In this document: positions 26,916 through 40,986 of the stretch, one piece after another
Position numbering within the stretch: position 1 is the stretch's first letter
Layout of the letters: each line of letters opens with the position of its first letter
Origin: Eledone cirrhosa
Taxonomy: Eukaryota
DNA length: 64,000 nucleotides
NCBI GenBank assembly: GCA_964016885.1
Contig: OZ024751.1
Location: forward strand, 35,402,001 to 35,466,000
Reading direction: 5' to 3'
The notes under the pieces: model-generated
The model's input: only the letters and a program-made list of their open reading frames with translations
Told to the model about the DNA's origin: nothing
The model's database searches: none
Position numbers and translations under genes: made by a program

Positions 26916-29912
26916 CACATTTTTATAAGGTTCATAAGAGTACCGAGAGTGAAATTTTAAGAGAATTTGGCAGTTCTATTACATCATTACCCCTGCACAT
27001 ATCCAGTGAAACTATGGTGGAATAGTACATCTCTGCACCTTCAGTCTTACTAGGCTGTGCACATCTGCATTTACAACCTTACGCAGTTGTGCACCTCCAC
27101 ATCTACAATCCCACTCAACTGTGCATCTCTGCACATATTCCTGATCAACTGCACAGTCCCACGCAACTGCATCTCTGCACATGCAGTCCTATTCAACAGC
27201 ATCTATACACTTGCAGTCATACACAACTGCACCTCTTACACCAACAGCCCTGTCCTACCTTACACAACCAACTGCATCTCTACACCAACAGCCCTGCCCT
27301 AAAGCACCTCAGTACCAACAGCCTTATCCTAAAGCATCTCTACAACAACCCTGCCCTGTCCTAATGCACCCCAGCATCAAGAGCCCTGCCCTAAAGCACC
27401 CCTACAACCCAGCCCTGCCCTCCACAACTGTTATATCCAGTACAACACCAGAAATACAATTGTACACCTCAACCAATATTTAAAGTAAATTCATTTTTAT
27501 AGATTAGTAAAGTATTCCACTTCTACTAACATTTTTAATTTACTGTTTGACACCAAACCTTTGGTATTACTAACAATACAGTAGTAGTAGTAGAGTAGCA
27601 GCAGCAATAGTAGTGGTAGTAGCAGTAGTAGTAGCTGTAGCAGCAGTTGTAGCAGTAGTAGCTGTAGCAGCAGTAGTAGTTGTAGTAGCAGCACACTGGA
27701 GCTTATAGTAGTTGCAAGAGTACTTTCGCATTTGATACCAAATCTTTGGTAGTACTAATAATGTAGTAGTAGTAGTACACTGGATCTTTTATTATTATTA
27801 GTAATAATAGTGGTAGCAGTTGTAATAATAGTAGTAATAGTGAGAGCAGTAGTAGTAGTAATACAGTGGAGTTTTTAATAGTAGTAGTTGTCTGAGTACA
27901 GTTTTGCATTTGATACCAAACCTTTGGCACTAGTAGTAGTACACTTTGACATTGGTGGTGGTAGCAGTAGTAGTAAGACTACTACATCGTGGCAGTAATA
28001 GTAGTACAATGTGGCACTGGTACAACTACTACAACAATTACTACTACTACTACACTGTGGCATTAGTAACAGTAGTAGATTTTCACAGCTCGCCTAACAG
28101 ATTTTCTTTTCACCTAACCAATTCCGCTTTTTACACACTTTCGTTTTTAAGCCTCTTCCACCTACCTTGGTAAATATTCTGTAGTGACAGACACAACAAG
28201 CATGTCATCAAACGGATACAAATCTAAAGATAAAGCCATCGTGAACCTCTTAATACCCACTTAAAATAACAAAACTATTATTTTTAACAATCCAAATTTA
28301 AATATAAACGGATATACCAAATTCAGAATATTATACGAACCCGCGTAGCTATCTACGTAAAAAAACATCCACTTTAAAATATCTACATTAACAACGCCTC
28401 TTTGCTGAGAGTTCGGTTCTATGTTTAATAAAAATAAATAAATAAAATGTTAAGAAACTGTCTGCCATTATATAATTATAGAAGGAAATAATGTAGAAGA
28501 TTTAATTTCAATTTCTGACTAATCTAGTCAACGTATTGAGCCATAATCGGGGAAATCATAAAAAAAAAACCCCTGTGAAAATGAAAATGGGGCTTGGTAT
28601 AAATTGATCCCTGCTGATAAACCATCTGGGATTATATATACATATATATAATAAAACAACGTAATAAACAACAGAATAAATGATTAAAGTGTATATATTT
28701 ATATATATACACACACTAAAATTTATTTTCTGAAGAGAGTGTGTACATACACACACATACGTGTGTATATATATATATATGTGTGTATATATATATATAT
28801 ATATACACATATATATGTGTATGTATGTACACACTCTTCAGAAAATAAATTTTTGTATGTGTGTGTGTATATATATATATATACACACACACACTCTTTT
28901 ACCTGTTCCAGCTATTCGGCTGAGGCCATGCTGGAGCACTATATATATATATATAATAAATTGTAACATTTATTTTCTTAAAATTCACAAATACACACAT
29001 ATACTGTTAACTTTTGTTTCCAGGAAATATATCTTCGTATTGAGTGTTTATTCAGTTAATGTTTGAATGTTTTAAGTACACTGGTAGTTAAAACACTCAC
29101 TTCATTGTGTATATATATATACATGTGTGTGTGTATATATATATATGTGTGTGTGTGGAAATGTTAAAGAATAGCTGAAATCAAATTAGAGAATGACACT
29201 TAACTAATGAACATTTAACGAGGAACTCTCCTGTGTCTCGTCGGTTGATCTGCTAGAAATAGCAGCCGCTGTAATCATGCCCTACCGTCTTGAGAGAGGA
29301 AAGGACACATTGGATAATGTAGCCCTAAATATAAAAAGACGGGATGTTTATTGCCGGAGCACCTTTGTTGATAAATCTGCTCAATTGAGCAGCATTGACC
29401 TGGGGTTAAATAACAGAGAAAAACCTAGAAAATACTAAATAAATACGTACCTTGACAAGATCCTTTTGATTATCCTTAAGTGTTGTGGAATCCATGCTAG
29501 ATGGCAGTTCTTCCCTACTGGTTTCCAAACCAGAAGGGCTTGGATTTGAACTCGAAACCGAACCCTCATGATCGGGCGAGCCACCAGTGGATGCAATAGG
29601 AGTCAGTGTTGTAGTAGCAGCACTAACCACAGCAGTACTGCTACTACTGCTGCTACTACTAATAATATTTTGTATGGTACTTCCACTAGTAATGCCACCA
29701 CTATTTGGATTATTGGTAGTGTTGGTACCAGTACCAAGAACACCTAAATTACTGCAGTAACCAGTACTAGAACCAGTCCCGCCTGGACCACCACTGCTGT
29801 GGCCACCAAGAAAACCTGTACTCACTCCGGCATAATCAGCTAATCTTTCTGCGGCAGCAGAATTTTCGCGGGATTTGCTGCCATCCCGAGATTTTCCTTT
29901 TCTTGTACTCAT
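9125..29912 (-). CDS. SHOC2: Leucine-rich repeat protein SHOC2/soc-2 (Sur-8) homolog, 17 coding exons, 692 aa
   Basis: Hand-spliced exons (minus, 5' to 3'): 29451-29912, 19412-19543, 19054-19122, 18741-18770, 17748-17933, 16931-17026, 16644-16764, 16208-16316, 15731-15824, 15150-15254, 14810-14924, 14158-14282, 13856-13943, 13290-13359, 12918-12985, 9669-9838, 9125-9163; 2079 nt in total, all introns GT-AG with consistent phases. Diagnostic segments: [78 protein letters not shown]. Confidence 0.96.
9669..9838 (-). CDS. SHOC2: SHOC2 coding exon 16
   Basis: [27 protein letters not shown]...GPSLVIQ. Confidence 0.95.
10033..12872. repeat. 24-bp minisatellite, about 118 copies, in SHOC2 intron 15
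   Basis: Unit ACAGGTAAACAGTAATGTRGTATT; source of the 917-aa (VVLQVNSN)n ORF. Confidence 0.98.
12918..12985 (-). CDS. SHOC2: SHOC2 coding exon 15
   Basis: [22 protein letters not shown]; donor G|gtaaac. Confidence 0.95.
13290..13359 (-). CDS. SHOC2: SHOC2 coding exon 14
   Basis: [24 protein letters not shown]. Confidence 0.95.
13856..13943 (-). CDS. SHOC2: SHOC2 coding exon 13
   Basis: [29 protein letters not shown]. Confidence 0.95.
14158..14282 (-). CDS. SHOC2: SHOC2 coding exon 12
   Basis: [42 protein letters not shown]. Confidence 0.95.
14810..14924 (-). CDS. SHOC2: SHOC2 coding exon 11
   Basis: [38 protein letters not shown]. Confidence 0.95.
15150..15254 (-). CDS. SHOC2: SHOC2 coding exon 10
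   Basis: [35 protein letters not shown]. Confidence 0.95.
15731..15824 (-). CDS. SHOC2: SHOC2 coding exon 9
   Basis: [31 protein letters not shown]. Confidence 0.95.
16208..16316 (-). CDS. SHOC2: SHOC2 coding exon 8
   Basis: [37 protein letters not shown]. Confidence 0.95.
16644..16764 (-). CDS. SHOC2: SHOC2 coding exon 7
   Basis: [16 protein letters not shown]...HNHLEHLPE; donor gtaagt. Confidence 0.95.
16931..17026 (-). CDS. SHOC2: SHOC2 coding exon 6
   Basis: [32 protein letters not shown]; ag|...|gtgagt. Confidence 0.95.
17201..17383. mobile_element. Tc1/mariner-type MITE copy
   Basis: GAAAAGTTCATAGGCTGAC...GTCAGCCTATGAACTTTTTC inverted ends. Confidence 0.65.
17748..17933 (-). CDS. 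SHOC2: SHOC2 coding exon 5
   Basis: [14 protein letters not shown]...DLRHNKLNE; ag|...|gtaagg. Confidence 0.95.
17990..18182 (-). mobile_element. tRNA-derived SINE (same family as 63587)
   Basis: CTGGTACTTCATTTTATCG...GGATTTGAACTCAG...CCGATACTGCCA. Confidence 0.75.
18445..18678. repeat. About 33-37-bp minisatellite
   Basis: CTGTCTACTGTCTGTAGGGGGTTATATGTTAAC, about 7 copies. Confidence 0.9.
18741..18770 (-). CDS. SHOC2: SHOC2 coding exon 4 (30-nt microexon)
   Basis: tttcctgcag|ATA...GAG|gttagt; [10 protein letters not shown] fills the gap in the first LRR. Confidence 0.9.
19054..19122 (-). CDS. SHOC2: SHOC2 coding exon 3
   Basis: [23 protein letters not shown]; ag|...|gtaagt. Confidence 0.94.
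19412..19543 (-). CDS. SHOC2: SHOC2 coding exon 2
   Basis: tttgtag|GAG...TTG|gtgaga; [43 protein letters not shown]. Confidence 0.88.
19764..19918. promoter_or_regulatory. Cluster of six RFX X-box-like motifs in SHOC2 intron 1
   Basis: GTAACCATAGCAAC 19764, ATGACTATAGCAAC 19787, GTGACCATAGTAAC 19819, GTGACCATAGCAAC 19851, GTTACCATAGCAAC 19883, GTGACCATAGCAAC 19905. Confidence 0.45.
22737..23112. repeat. 85-bp tandem repeat, about 4.5 copies
   Basis: TTTTCAATG recurs at 22823, 22908 and 22993. Confidence 0.9.
23553..23763. mobile_element. piggyBac-type MITE copy
   Basis: Homologous to 5811-6016 along its length. Confidence 0.8.
24473..24805. repeat. About 55-bp tandem repeat derived from the piggyBac-MITE subterminal region
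   Basis: TTTACATTACTCTATATATACTATTGTATTTTCACAGTAAAGGCTTTACCTCA, about 6 copies, running into a partial MITE. Confidence 0.85.
27580..28080. repeat. (TAG/CAG)n-rich degenerate repeat with TTTGATACCAAACCTTTGG spacers
   Basis: Recurring motif near 27547, 27731 and 27909 between trinucleotide tracts. Confidence 0.8.
29451..29912 (-). CDS. SHOC2: SHOC2 coding exon 1 (Ser/Gly/Thr-rich N-terminus, MSTRKGK...KDLVK)
   Basis: ATG at 29912; donor AAG|GTACGT; 462 nt, phase 0, in frame with exon 2. The sequence is low-complexity, so assignment rests on position and frame. Confidence 0.8.
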
Positions 29913-31429
29913 TGCTGTTTAACTTTCATTTCATTCACAGAAGGAACCGGAGAAGAAGAATTTAAAAAAAAATTCAAAGTAAAAAATAAAAATAATATGA
30001 CATCAATAAGGTGATCAAATTGATTGATTGATAAATGTGAGATATATAACTTAGTGATAGGTGGTGATTCGATTTTGAGTCGATGATGGGTGGTGGTGGT
30101 AGTGGTGGTGGTTAATAAAGATGCCGATACCAAAATCAGGGGAAATCCGTCTGGAGGTGAGGAACATAGTTAATAATAACACAGAGATAATTAGCAATTA
30201 ACTTCAGCTGGTGTTGTAACTTTCGAGATTAAAATCATGAAATGTGATTGCATTGTATTGTTAAGAATGATGTATGTTGTAATAAATATACATATAAAAA
30301 CATTTTACATTTTATGCCAAATTTCATATCTTGGTTTGGGTTGGGTATATATCTTTTTAGATTTACACTAACTTGATATAATTTTGATGTGATATATATT
30401 TATATATACCCCAATTCCGTACTAATGTGCCTGTCTTATTGTTTTTCTTCTTTTTGGTTTGTTGTGTGTTATTAGAGAAAGCAATTCACACCTACATACA
30501 GAAGGAATGAGTAAAGTAAGCCTTCTTCAAAGACATGATAAAAAATATCTCGTATATATTTCATCCATGGGATATATTATCGATTCGTTTTAATCTCTTT
30601 GCAGCTGTTTATAATTTTTTTCCTTATAATAAACGACATCGTGAAATTTCTTTCCTGGTATAGCGATTTCTGCATTTTTTTTTTATCTTCGTGTGTGAGA
30701 CGAGACTGATGAAAAAAAATGAACAATTATTTAATAATTTTACGCATTCATATATTTCGTACTCTCAGTTCTCAGTTGATCCCGAGTTATTTTCTTGTAG
30801 ACTTTTTTTTTTGTTTATAACTAGTAAAAGGGATCCGGTTTCATAATGCTTCTTTTAAAGCAGGTACCTTACTTTAAATATCACTGCTATCCGCCTTCTC
30901 ACTCATGATATTATGGTCTGTGGTGACGATGGAAGCTGGACACTCATTTAGCCTTTTTCTTCTTAAATTAAACAGCATTTTCAATGACAATTATAATTCT
31001 GATAGCTGAAAATCAAAATTATATTGTAGATAAGACAAAATATAAATAGAGCTTTGGTAAAGACCCTTTAGCAATGGGCTTTCCTACGCATTCTTTTCTT
31101 TCTAATAAGTTGATGGATAAGGATTCTCTTGGTCAGCCTGTCTGTCACTATAACGAGGCAATGACATACATTCACATCTTCGTTGTTATATATACATACA
31201 TATACATATATATATATACATATATACTGTTGCTGTTATATACACTTCTCTCTTAGTGCGCATCCGACGAACGATACAAGACGTTCAAGCAGACATTCGT
31301 TTAGCCGTTTGTCGAGAAATAAAACAATATGCATCCCAGTAATAAATATTTGTTGGCAATTTAGAATAAATATAAGCCGTTACTCATTAGCGGAATATCA
31401 TCGTACTAACGTTGTGTCGGCCTTCTGCT

Positions 31430-31525
31430 GATAGTGCGCAGAATAATGGTGCGCATCAAATTAGAGGAAGTGACGTCAAACGCACTTGTTTTAGCAGAGG
31501 CTTTTCAAGAAAAACTACGGAAGTA
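31430..31525. promoter_or_regulatory. Candidate SHOC2 promoter: composite ETS-CRE site with TGCGCA motifs
   Basis: GGAAGTGACGTCA at 31466-31478, TGCGCA near 31435 and 31450, CGGAAGT near 31518; locally CpG-richer; about 1.5 kb upstream of the SHOC2 ATG. Confidence 0.45.
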
Positions 31526-34500
31526 TATATGGAACGAAATACTTATATTTCGATACGTTTATTATTAATTTCATATAAAAATAATATTTATAATGTTTAT
31601 TTGGGGTTTTATTTTTTAAATAGTACATATATGTACAAATAAAATAGTATATATATAGAGAGAGAAAGAGAAAGACACATAGATATGAGAACGATTGCAA
31701 ATTTTAATGAAAAAATATTTAATATTAAAAAAATGAAGACACAACGTCTTATTATTGCAGTTCTTCAAAGCATGCTTCCTTACCACCTCTGATAACAAAT
31801 AACGTGTGTCTTGAAGTAGCAGAAATTGATGACAAACCATTTATATGTTAATTAGGAACTTTCTCATGAATATCACAAATATAATAAATAGAAGCACTGT
31901 TCTCAAAGTTTAATCCTTTAATATTTAATATATATATTTCTTCTTCTTCGCCCACCTATTCCTGAGAGGGTCATCAAGGTTGAGTCCTCAAACACTCCTT
32001 CTAGCTGGTCCTGTCTTCAATAAATACAACTAAAACTGAACTAAAGGCAACCCTGTGATTTACGACTAAATACAAACTCACCCCCCCACCCCACAATATG
32101 ACATCGAGGGGGTTAAATTGAGAATTAAGTAGAAAGTATATACATAAAATATTAACATATTACTGTAAAGTGAAACAAGAATCCTAGGAAAACTACTGGT
32201 GTTTTATGCCGTGTGTAAGATGATAGAGTTGACGTTTCAGATGCTTATCTTTCTTCAGTGAGAGAGAAAGAGAAAAGGTAGGCACCAAATCTCTTGGCCA
32301 TATAATGAGACGTCCTAGAATGGAATTAGTAAAGGAAAAAAAAGTATATAAGATATTCTTTATTCTTGTTCTGAAAAGAATAGGACAATTTTTTAACAAA
32401 AAAATGTTTGCCTTTAAATATCAAGATTATAAAAACATCCTCGTTTATGTCAATACAACATATATATACAGTATATATAATAAATATGATTTGGCATAAA
32501 TGTGGTTGGCATTAGGAAGGACATCCAGCAGTAGGGACCAAGCCAGAAACAGTTCTGTATGAGCAACACACAATCATTTGATCTGACTTGTCTCACAACA
32601 GGACAATTCGTCTAACCCATGCTAATCATTTTATCTAATATTTGAACAAGACTAACAATTGAGATGAAGAAAGATGTGCAGGGATGATGATCGATGGGTG
32701 AATAAGTGCTATAAGAGAGATGCTGTGGCTGAGAAGGACCCGTCCAACCCATACAAGTGTGGAAAAACAGACATAAAAACAATGATGATGATAGAAAAGT
32801 CAATTATATTGACCCGCAGTACTTTACTGGTACTTTATTCTATCAACTTTGGAAGGATGACAGGTGAAGTTGACCATGGCAGATTTGAACTCAGAACTTG
32901 GAAAGCTGTAATTAAATATTGCGAAGTATTTTGTCTGATGTTCTAACAATTCTGCCAATCCAACACCCTAAATATCAATGTAATGAGAACATCAGGAAGA
33001 GCTCAGTGGAACTTTTTCTTTTGGTTCCATATCATTTTATGCCTAACTCAAAACTCATAGCATCTTCATCTAGATGCTGTTGTGGTTCCATGAATAAGGA
33101 AATCTTTCTATGGTTGTAACTTCTTTCTCAAACTGGTAGACTTTGGAACTCTCTTCCATCTCATTGTTTTCCTCCTTCTTATGACTTGAATTCATTCAAA
33201 TCTAAAGTAAATTCATTCTTTGTCTTAATTTCTCCTTCATAGTCCCTTACATTAAGTAGCTTCATGCCTTGTCTGGGACTTTCAGGGAAAAAAAAACAAT
33301 ATTAATAAATCTCTTCAATTTTTTGATTATTTTCAAATCATTTGAATACCAAAGACAATGTCTTTAATTATAGCAAGGAAAGGATTAATTTGAATTGTTT
33401 CAAAACTACAAAAGTATATAAGTCACAATGGCATTATGAACATCCTCTTCCTTACAGACTCAAATATCAAAGAGCATAAATTCCCTGTGGCAGGGGAGGT
33501 AATGTGAAATATATTGACCAACCCGTATAGATTCCCTACAGAAAGGGAGGTAATATGACAAAGACTTTCAAGCAGGAACTTGCGCTACACTACAATACAG
33601 TTTAGGATCTTTTTGTTTGTTAATTCATAGGTTTTTAAAAAACAATAATGGCAGTATTAAAGAGGAAGAAAAAAAAGACGAAAAAGAATCAAGCAATAAA
33701 AGAAAGGGAGAGAGGAAGGGACAGACAGACACTACACCCCTGTCTGAGTGGTGCTTCAGCCACACCTCATGACAAATGTGTTACCATGGATAATGGCCAG
33801 AGACACCTGCTGCAGCACCACCCCATCTCGTGGGGCTCCTTCCTCAAGCAGACGACAACGTCTTAGGCTTGTGGGAACTGGAACTTATAATGTAAAGAGA
33901 CAAAATAAAAATCATAATGACCTTTTATCTGTTGCTCTACCTATTCTGCCACCCCTTCCCCCACCTTTTGACTTGTGGAAAATAGGGTCTTAACCAAGAA
34001 AGTTGTCATATTCATGAAAAAACATTAACTTTATCCTTACCATATTTCTAATGAAAGGAAGTTTAGAATATTTTGGATGGGTACTGATTCGCAAAATATG
34101 TATTTCAGGACATTTTTATCAACGCTATTTTCTAAATGTGAGGGTGCACCATTGCAAAGGTAAGGTGATGGGGGTGGCAGTGCTATCCTACCCATTGTTT
34201 GCCAATGGGCCCCACCTGAAGAAAGCCATGAGATCAAACTTCAGGTTAGCCATGGGCTATAGCATCTAGAGGTCAGCCTTCATGATGACATCCCATGTGT
34301 TTCTAGAACATCATCTATAGGTTCAATTTATTTGGAGTCTACACTACATCTTTCTACAGCTACCACCCACCATATATAACAACTCTACATCTTTCTACAG
34401 CTACCACCCACCATATATACAACTCTACATCTTTCTACAGCTACCATCCGTCAAAATAAAGGCTGGTTGGTCACTGTTGGAGCATCATTAAAAAGAAGGT

Positions 34501-34935
34501 GGGTGTTCATGGCTGGACAGCAAAACATGGGAATCTGAAAGAAGAAAGATAGGCAGAGAGTATGTGTGTATGAGTGGAAAAGGAAAGACAAAGAATTAAA
34601 GAAAGAGAGAGTAATGGGTGGAAACAGTAAGAGGGAGAGATGTAAAACACTGTAGTAGCAGCACAGAAGTAGGCGATAGCTATATAGAAAACAAAGTGTG
34701 TGTGTAGGGGGGAGGGGTTGAGTCATCACATACATTCACATGTATACAGATACAAATATATAATAAATGCATATTGGAAAAAAATGTAATTGTGTTTGTA
34801 CCAAAAAATTATATTCCTTAAATATTTGTGAAACATAATACTTAAACACTTCTAGAACAAATTTGATGTAAATACGAAACTACATACAAAGCTATACACT
34901 AAGCTACAAACATCAAGGCCGATAATTATATTAGT

Positions 34936-34970
34936 CTTCCGGTCTTTCCATTCTGGCCATTTAATCAGGT
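34936..34970 (+). promoter_or_regulatory. Candidate TCT/TOP initiator, ETS site and non-coding exon 1 of RPL32 copy A
   Basis: CTTCCGG TCTTTCC ATTCTGGCCATTTAATCAG|GTATTT; donor at 34969 would splice to the acceptor preceding 35812. Confidence 0.7.
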
Positions 34971-35825
34971 ATTTTTGTGTTGATTTTCTCTCTCAGTTAT
35001 CGTATTAATATCTCTTATATTTTTATTAATCCTGTTTATTCTTTAATTTCCTTATAATTGTTTGTAATCAATGAGTCATCTTGTTAATATTTTGTATGAA
35101 TTTAATTATTCCATTAGTTGGAAATTATTATATAAAGCCATGTGAAGAAATCTTTGGTTTATTTTTAGCGTTAAGGCCTACTTTTAAAAAGACTTACAGC
35201 GATCACAATTGACGTATTTGTTTCTTATGTGTGTAGAATTCTGTAAGGGTATTATTCACAATATATCTCCCTTGTAGGAAAATATGTTCATTTACATTAT
35301 ATGTTCCGATCATCTATAAACTAGTATGATCCAACAAGGGTATCTGTTCTCCGGGTCTGAATACAGCAGATTTCTTCCAGAGAAGAATTGAGAGAGATAT
35401 ATAGGGGAAGAATCGACACCAGTACTTGTCTGCTATTTACTTTATCGATTGCACGAGGCCATTAGTATTGTAGAAACATGATTTAAGACTAGATTACAGT
35501 GTGGCAGTAGACATTACTGATGTGTAAGGTTATAGCAATTTATATGGAGTCTAATCTATGGTTTAGTAACAAACAGTCGCTCTTTCATTTATAGTCACTG
35601 ATGATACAAGATGGTGTGTATCTATATTTGTATAGAAATGTGTTCCAAGTGGAGTGACATTCTCATCATTAAAAACATTTCAGATATTAGGAAATGTCTC
35701 TGAATGTCACCATTTGACTATCAAATGTTTTCTAAATAAATTTAATACAAATTATGACCATATATATTTATTTATTACTGAAAAATGTTATTTCTTCTAT
35801 TTCTTCCTCAGATAACTGAGCAGAA

Positions 35826-37320
<1,495 letters not shown>

Positions 37321-38199
37321 ATATTTCTGGCTCAAAATAAATCTTTTATCTCAGCCCTATTGGTTTTCTTGTTGCTCTTTTGTCTGTCTTGTTTTAACAT
37401 TTTGTGATAAGTACATTATATTGGGCCATGCACTCTCACACATACATATATTAGACTGTCTATTGGATCATACACATATGTACGTTGGGCTGAGCAATAT
37501 TTAATGTCCACTTTTCCAAAGTGAGGTGACTGGCATCTGTATTTTGGCTTGCTCTTCCCAATGCCTGAACTGGGTGATTTGTCACCTGCAGGACCACTAC
37601 ATACATACTTGCATGGGTTGAACATCCATCTTCAGTTTGATGTTTTGAATTCAGTAGCTGAAGGGGAATGTCATTGTTTCATGATGTGATCATCTTATTG
37701 GGTGAGATTTGTCACCTGCAGGACCACTACATACTTGCATGGGTTGAACATCTATTTGAGTTTGATGATGTTTTGAAATCTGAAGGGGAATGTCTAATTG
37801 CTTCATGACATGATCATCCTCCCTGGACAGGACACTAGTCCGTCAAACTCCTGGACATACTGGAGCAAAGTGTTTTGCCCAGGTATCAAACCTACATTAA
37901 ACGATGTGTATATATATAGTTCATCAAGTCTACTTCAACTATATATATTGGCTATCTACCAGTGCTGGTTGTTAGATAACCTGGTGTGGTTCCTGGAAAC
38001 CAAAGAACAGCCATTGCAGTGGAATCATCTGTCAACAAAACAGTCCCCAGATCCTTCTGGTTGTTTCCCTAAATAAAAATACCACTGAAATGAATGTGAA
38101 TGTCAAAATGCTGCTATACATCATATATACTGTGAAACAAAAGAGCAACAAGAAAACCAATAGGGCTTAGATAAAAGATTTATTTTGAGCCAGAAATAT

Positions 38200-39298
<1,099 letters not shown>

Positions 39299-39778
39299 TT
39301 CTGCTCAGTTATCTGAGGAAGAAATAGAAGAAATAACATTTTTCAGTAATAAATAAATATATATGGTCATAATTTGTATTAAATTTATTTAGAAATTCCC
39401 GTAAAATCTGAAACGTTTTCAATGATGAAAATACAAACAAGTATACAGTCCATAAAGTAAACTGAAAAGAATGACATATTTAAGCGATGGATATATATAT
39501 ATAGAGAGAGAGATTTTGAGTATATGTTGGTTGTATACCAACACCTCAGTGTGCAGGCTGGAGCACTCGACAAAGTGCGCAGGTTGCTTTGGTTACTCCG
39601 GAGTAATGTAAAATAAAGTTAAATAAAAAGTCAAATGTTTAAAATTTAGCTTCGTTTATTGCTGCTATATATATATTTCAGTAATAAACGAAGCTAAATT
39701 TTAAACATTTGACATTTTATTTTATATATATATATGTAATAAAAATACCTTAACCCTTAACAATGTATATATATATAT

Positions 39779-39932
39779 ATAGGAACGAGTAGGACCCCGA
39801 CGGCTGAGCTCAAGCCGTTTCAACAGAGTCCAGAATTAGCCGTCGGGGTCCTATTACCCACTCTACTACCCTAAGTATTGAGTACTTTGGTGCGTTATGG
39901 TCCACCTGGTACCTTACCACATTTCCTTCGTT
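39779..39932. repeat. (TA)n-flanked hairpin-headed repeat family
   Basis: TAGGAA...CCCCGACGGC hairpin followed by TTACCCACTCTACTACCC...CCTTCGTTA; copies at 40313-40473, 54960-55088 and 56133-56226. Confidence 0.75.
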
Positions 39933-40799
39933 ATATATATATATATATATATATAACAACTTCTTTACGGGGTCGATTTAATTGTTAATACTATGTCTAA
40001 ATCAGAAACCGTTGTTATACCCGACAATTCTGAGTTCAAATCCCGTCGAGGTAAACTTTGCCTTTCATCCGTACGGGGTCGATAAAATAAAGTACCAGTA
40101 ATGCACTCGGGTATTTGCTGGCCTTGTGCCAAAAGTAGAAACCATTATTATACCCGACAATACATCTTAGGTGTAATTCATAGAATTTCAACAGCAACAC
40201 TTTTAGTGGTTAAGGGGAGACAACTCGGCCTATTCCTACTTGATCGGAAAGACGACCAAAGTCAAAAATTAGAATCCACGAGGGACAAGAACCCTAGTGT
40301 GTGTATATATATATAGGAACAAGTAAGACCCCGACGGCTGAGCTCAAGCTGTTTCGACGGCCAATTCTGGACTGAAACGGCTTGAGCTCAGCCGTCGGGG
40401 TCTTACTTGTTCCTATTACCCACTCTACTACCCTAAGTATTGAGTGCGTTATGGTCCACCTGGTTCCTTCGTTATATATATATATATATATATGTGTATA
40501 TATATATATATATATATCAAGTAAGAATATTTCGAAACAGCGAGTGGGTTTGAAATTATTATAAATGTAAGCTATCGCCGTATTTTGACTAAAGAAATTA
40601 TTTAGCCTGATAGTGGGGTTAAGAACCCTCGGAGACATGGAAAAAGATGAGTATTGACGTACATGGGAGTCGATATATTAAAATATATATATAAATTTTG
40701 AGTATGTGTTGGCTGTTTACGGACACCTCTGTATGGAGGATGGAGCACTCGACGGAGTACGCAAGTTGGTTAGTTTACTACGGAGTAATGTAAAATAAT

Positions 40800-40986
40800 T
40801 GGTTCTACTTTTGGCACAAGGCCAGCAAATTATATCAGTGTATTACTGGTACTTTATTTTATCGACCCCGTAAGGATGAAAGGCAAAGTTAACCTCGGCG
40901 GGATTTGAACTCAGAATGGCAAGGGCCGTAACTCTATGCCTTTAAAGCATGGCGTCCAACCCTCTACCGATACTGCCATCCCACAT
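40800..40986 (-). mobile_element. tRNA-derived SINE (same family as 63587)
   Basis: Full-length reverse-complement copy; others at 17990-18182(-), 40030-40148(+), 36585-36700(+), 4855-5030(-), 32800-32960(-), 43820-44000(-). Confidence 0.8.

Noticed and set aside
29909-29934. Two tiny uORFs, one with an ATGA stop-start overlap on the SHOC2 ATG
   Set aside because: A plausible acceptor (ttaaacag|CAATG) after a pyrimidine tract may make them intronic; needs cDNA.
35597-35705. Possible C/D snoRNA (TGATGA...CTGA) in RPL32-A intron 1
   Set aside because: No terminal stem or recognisable rRNA guide, and the CTGA part is missing from the homologous region of copy B.
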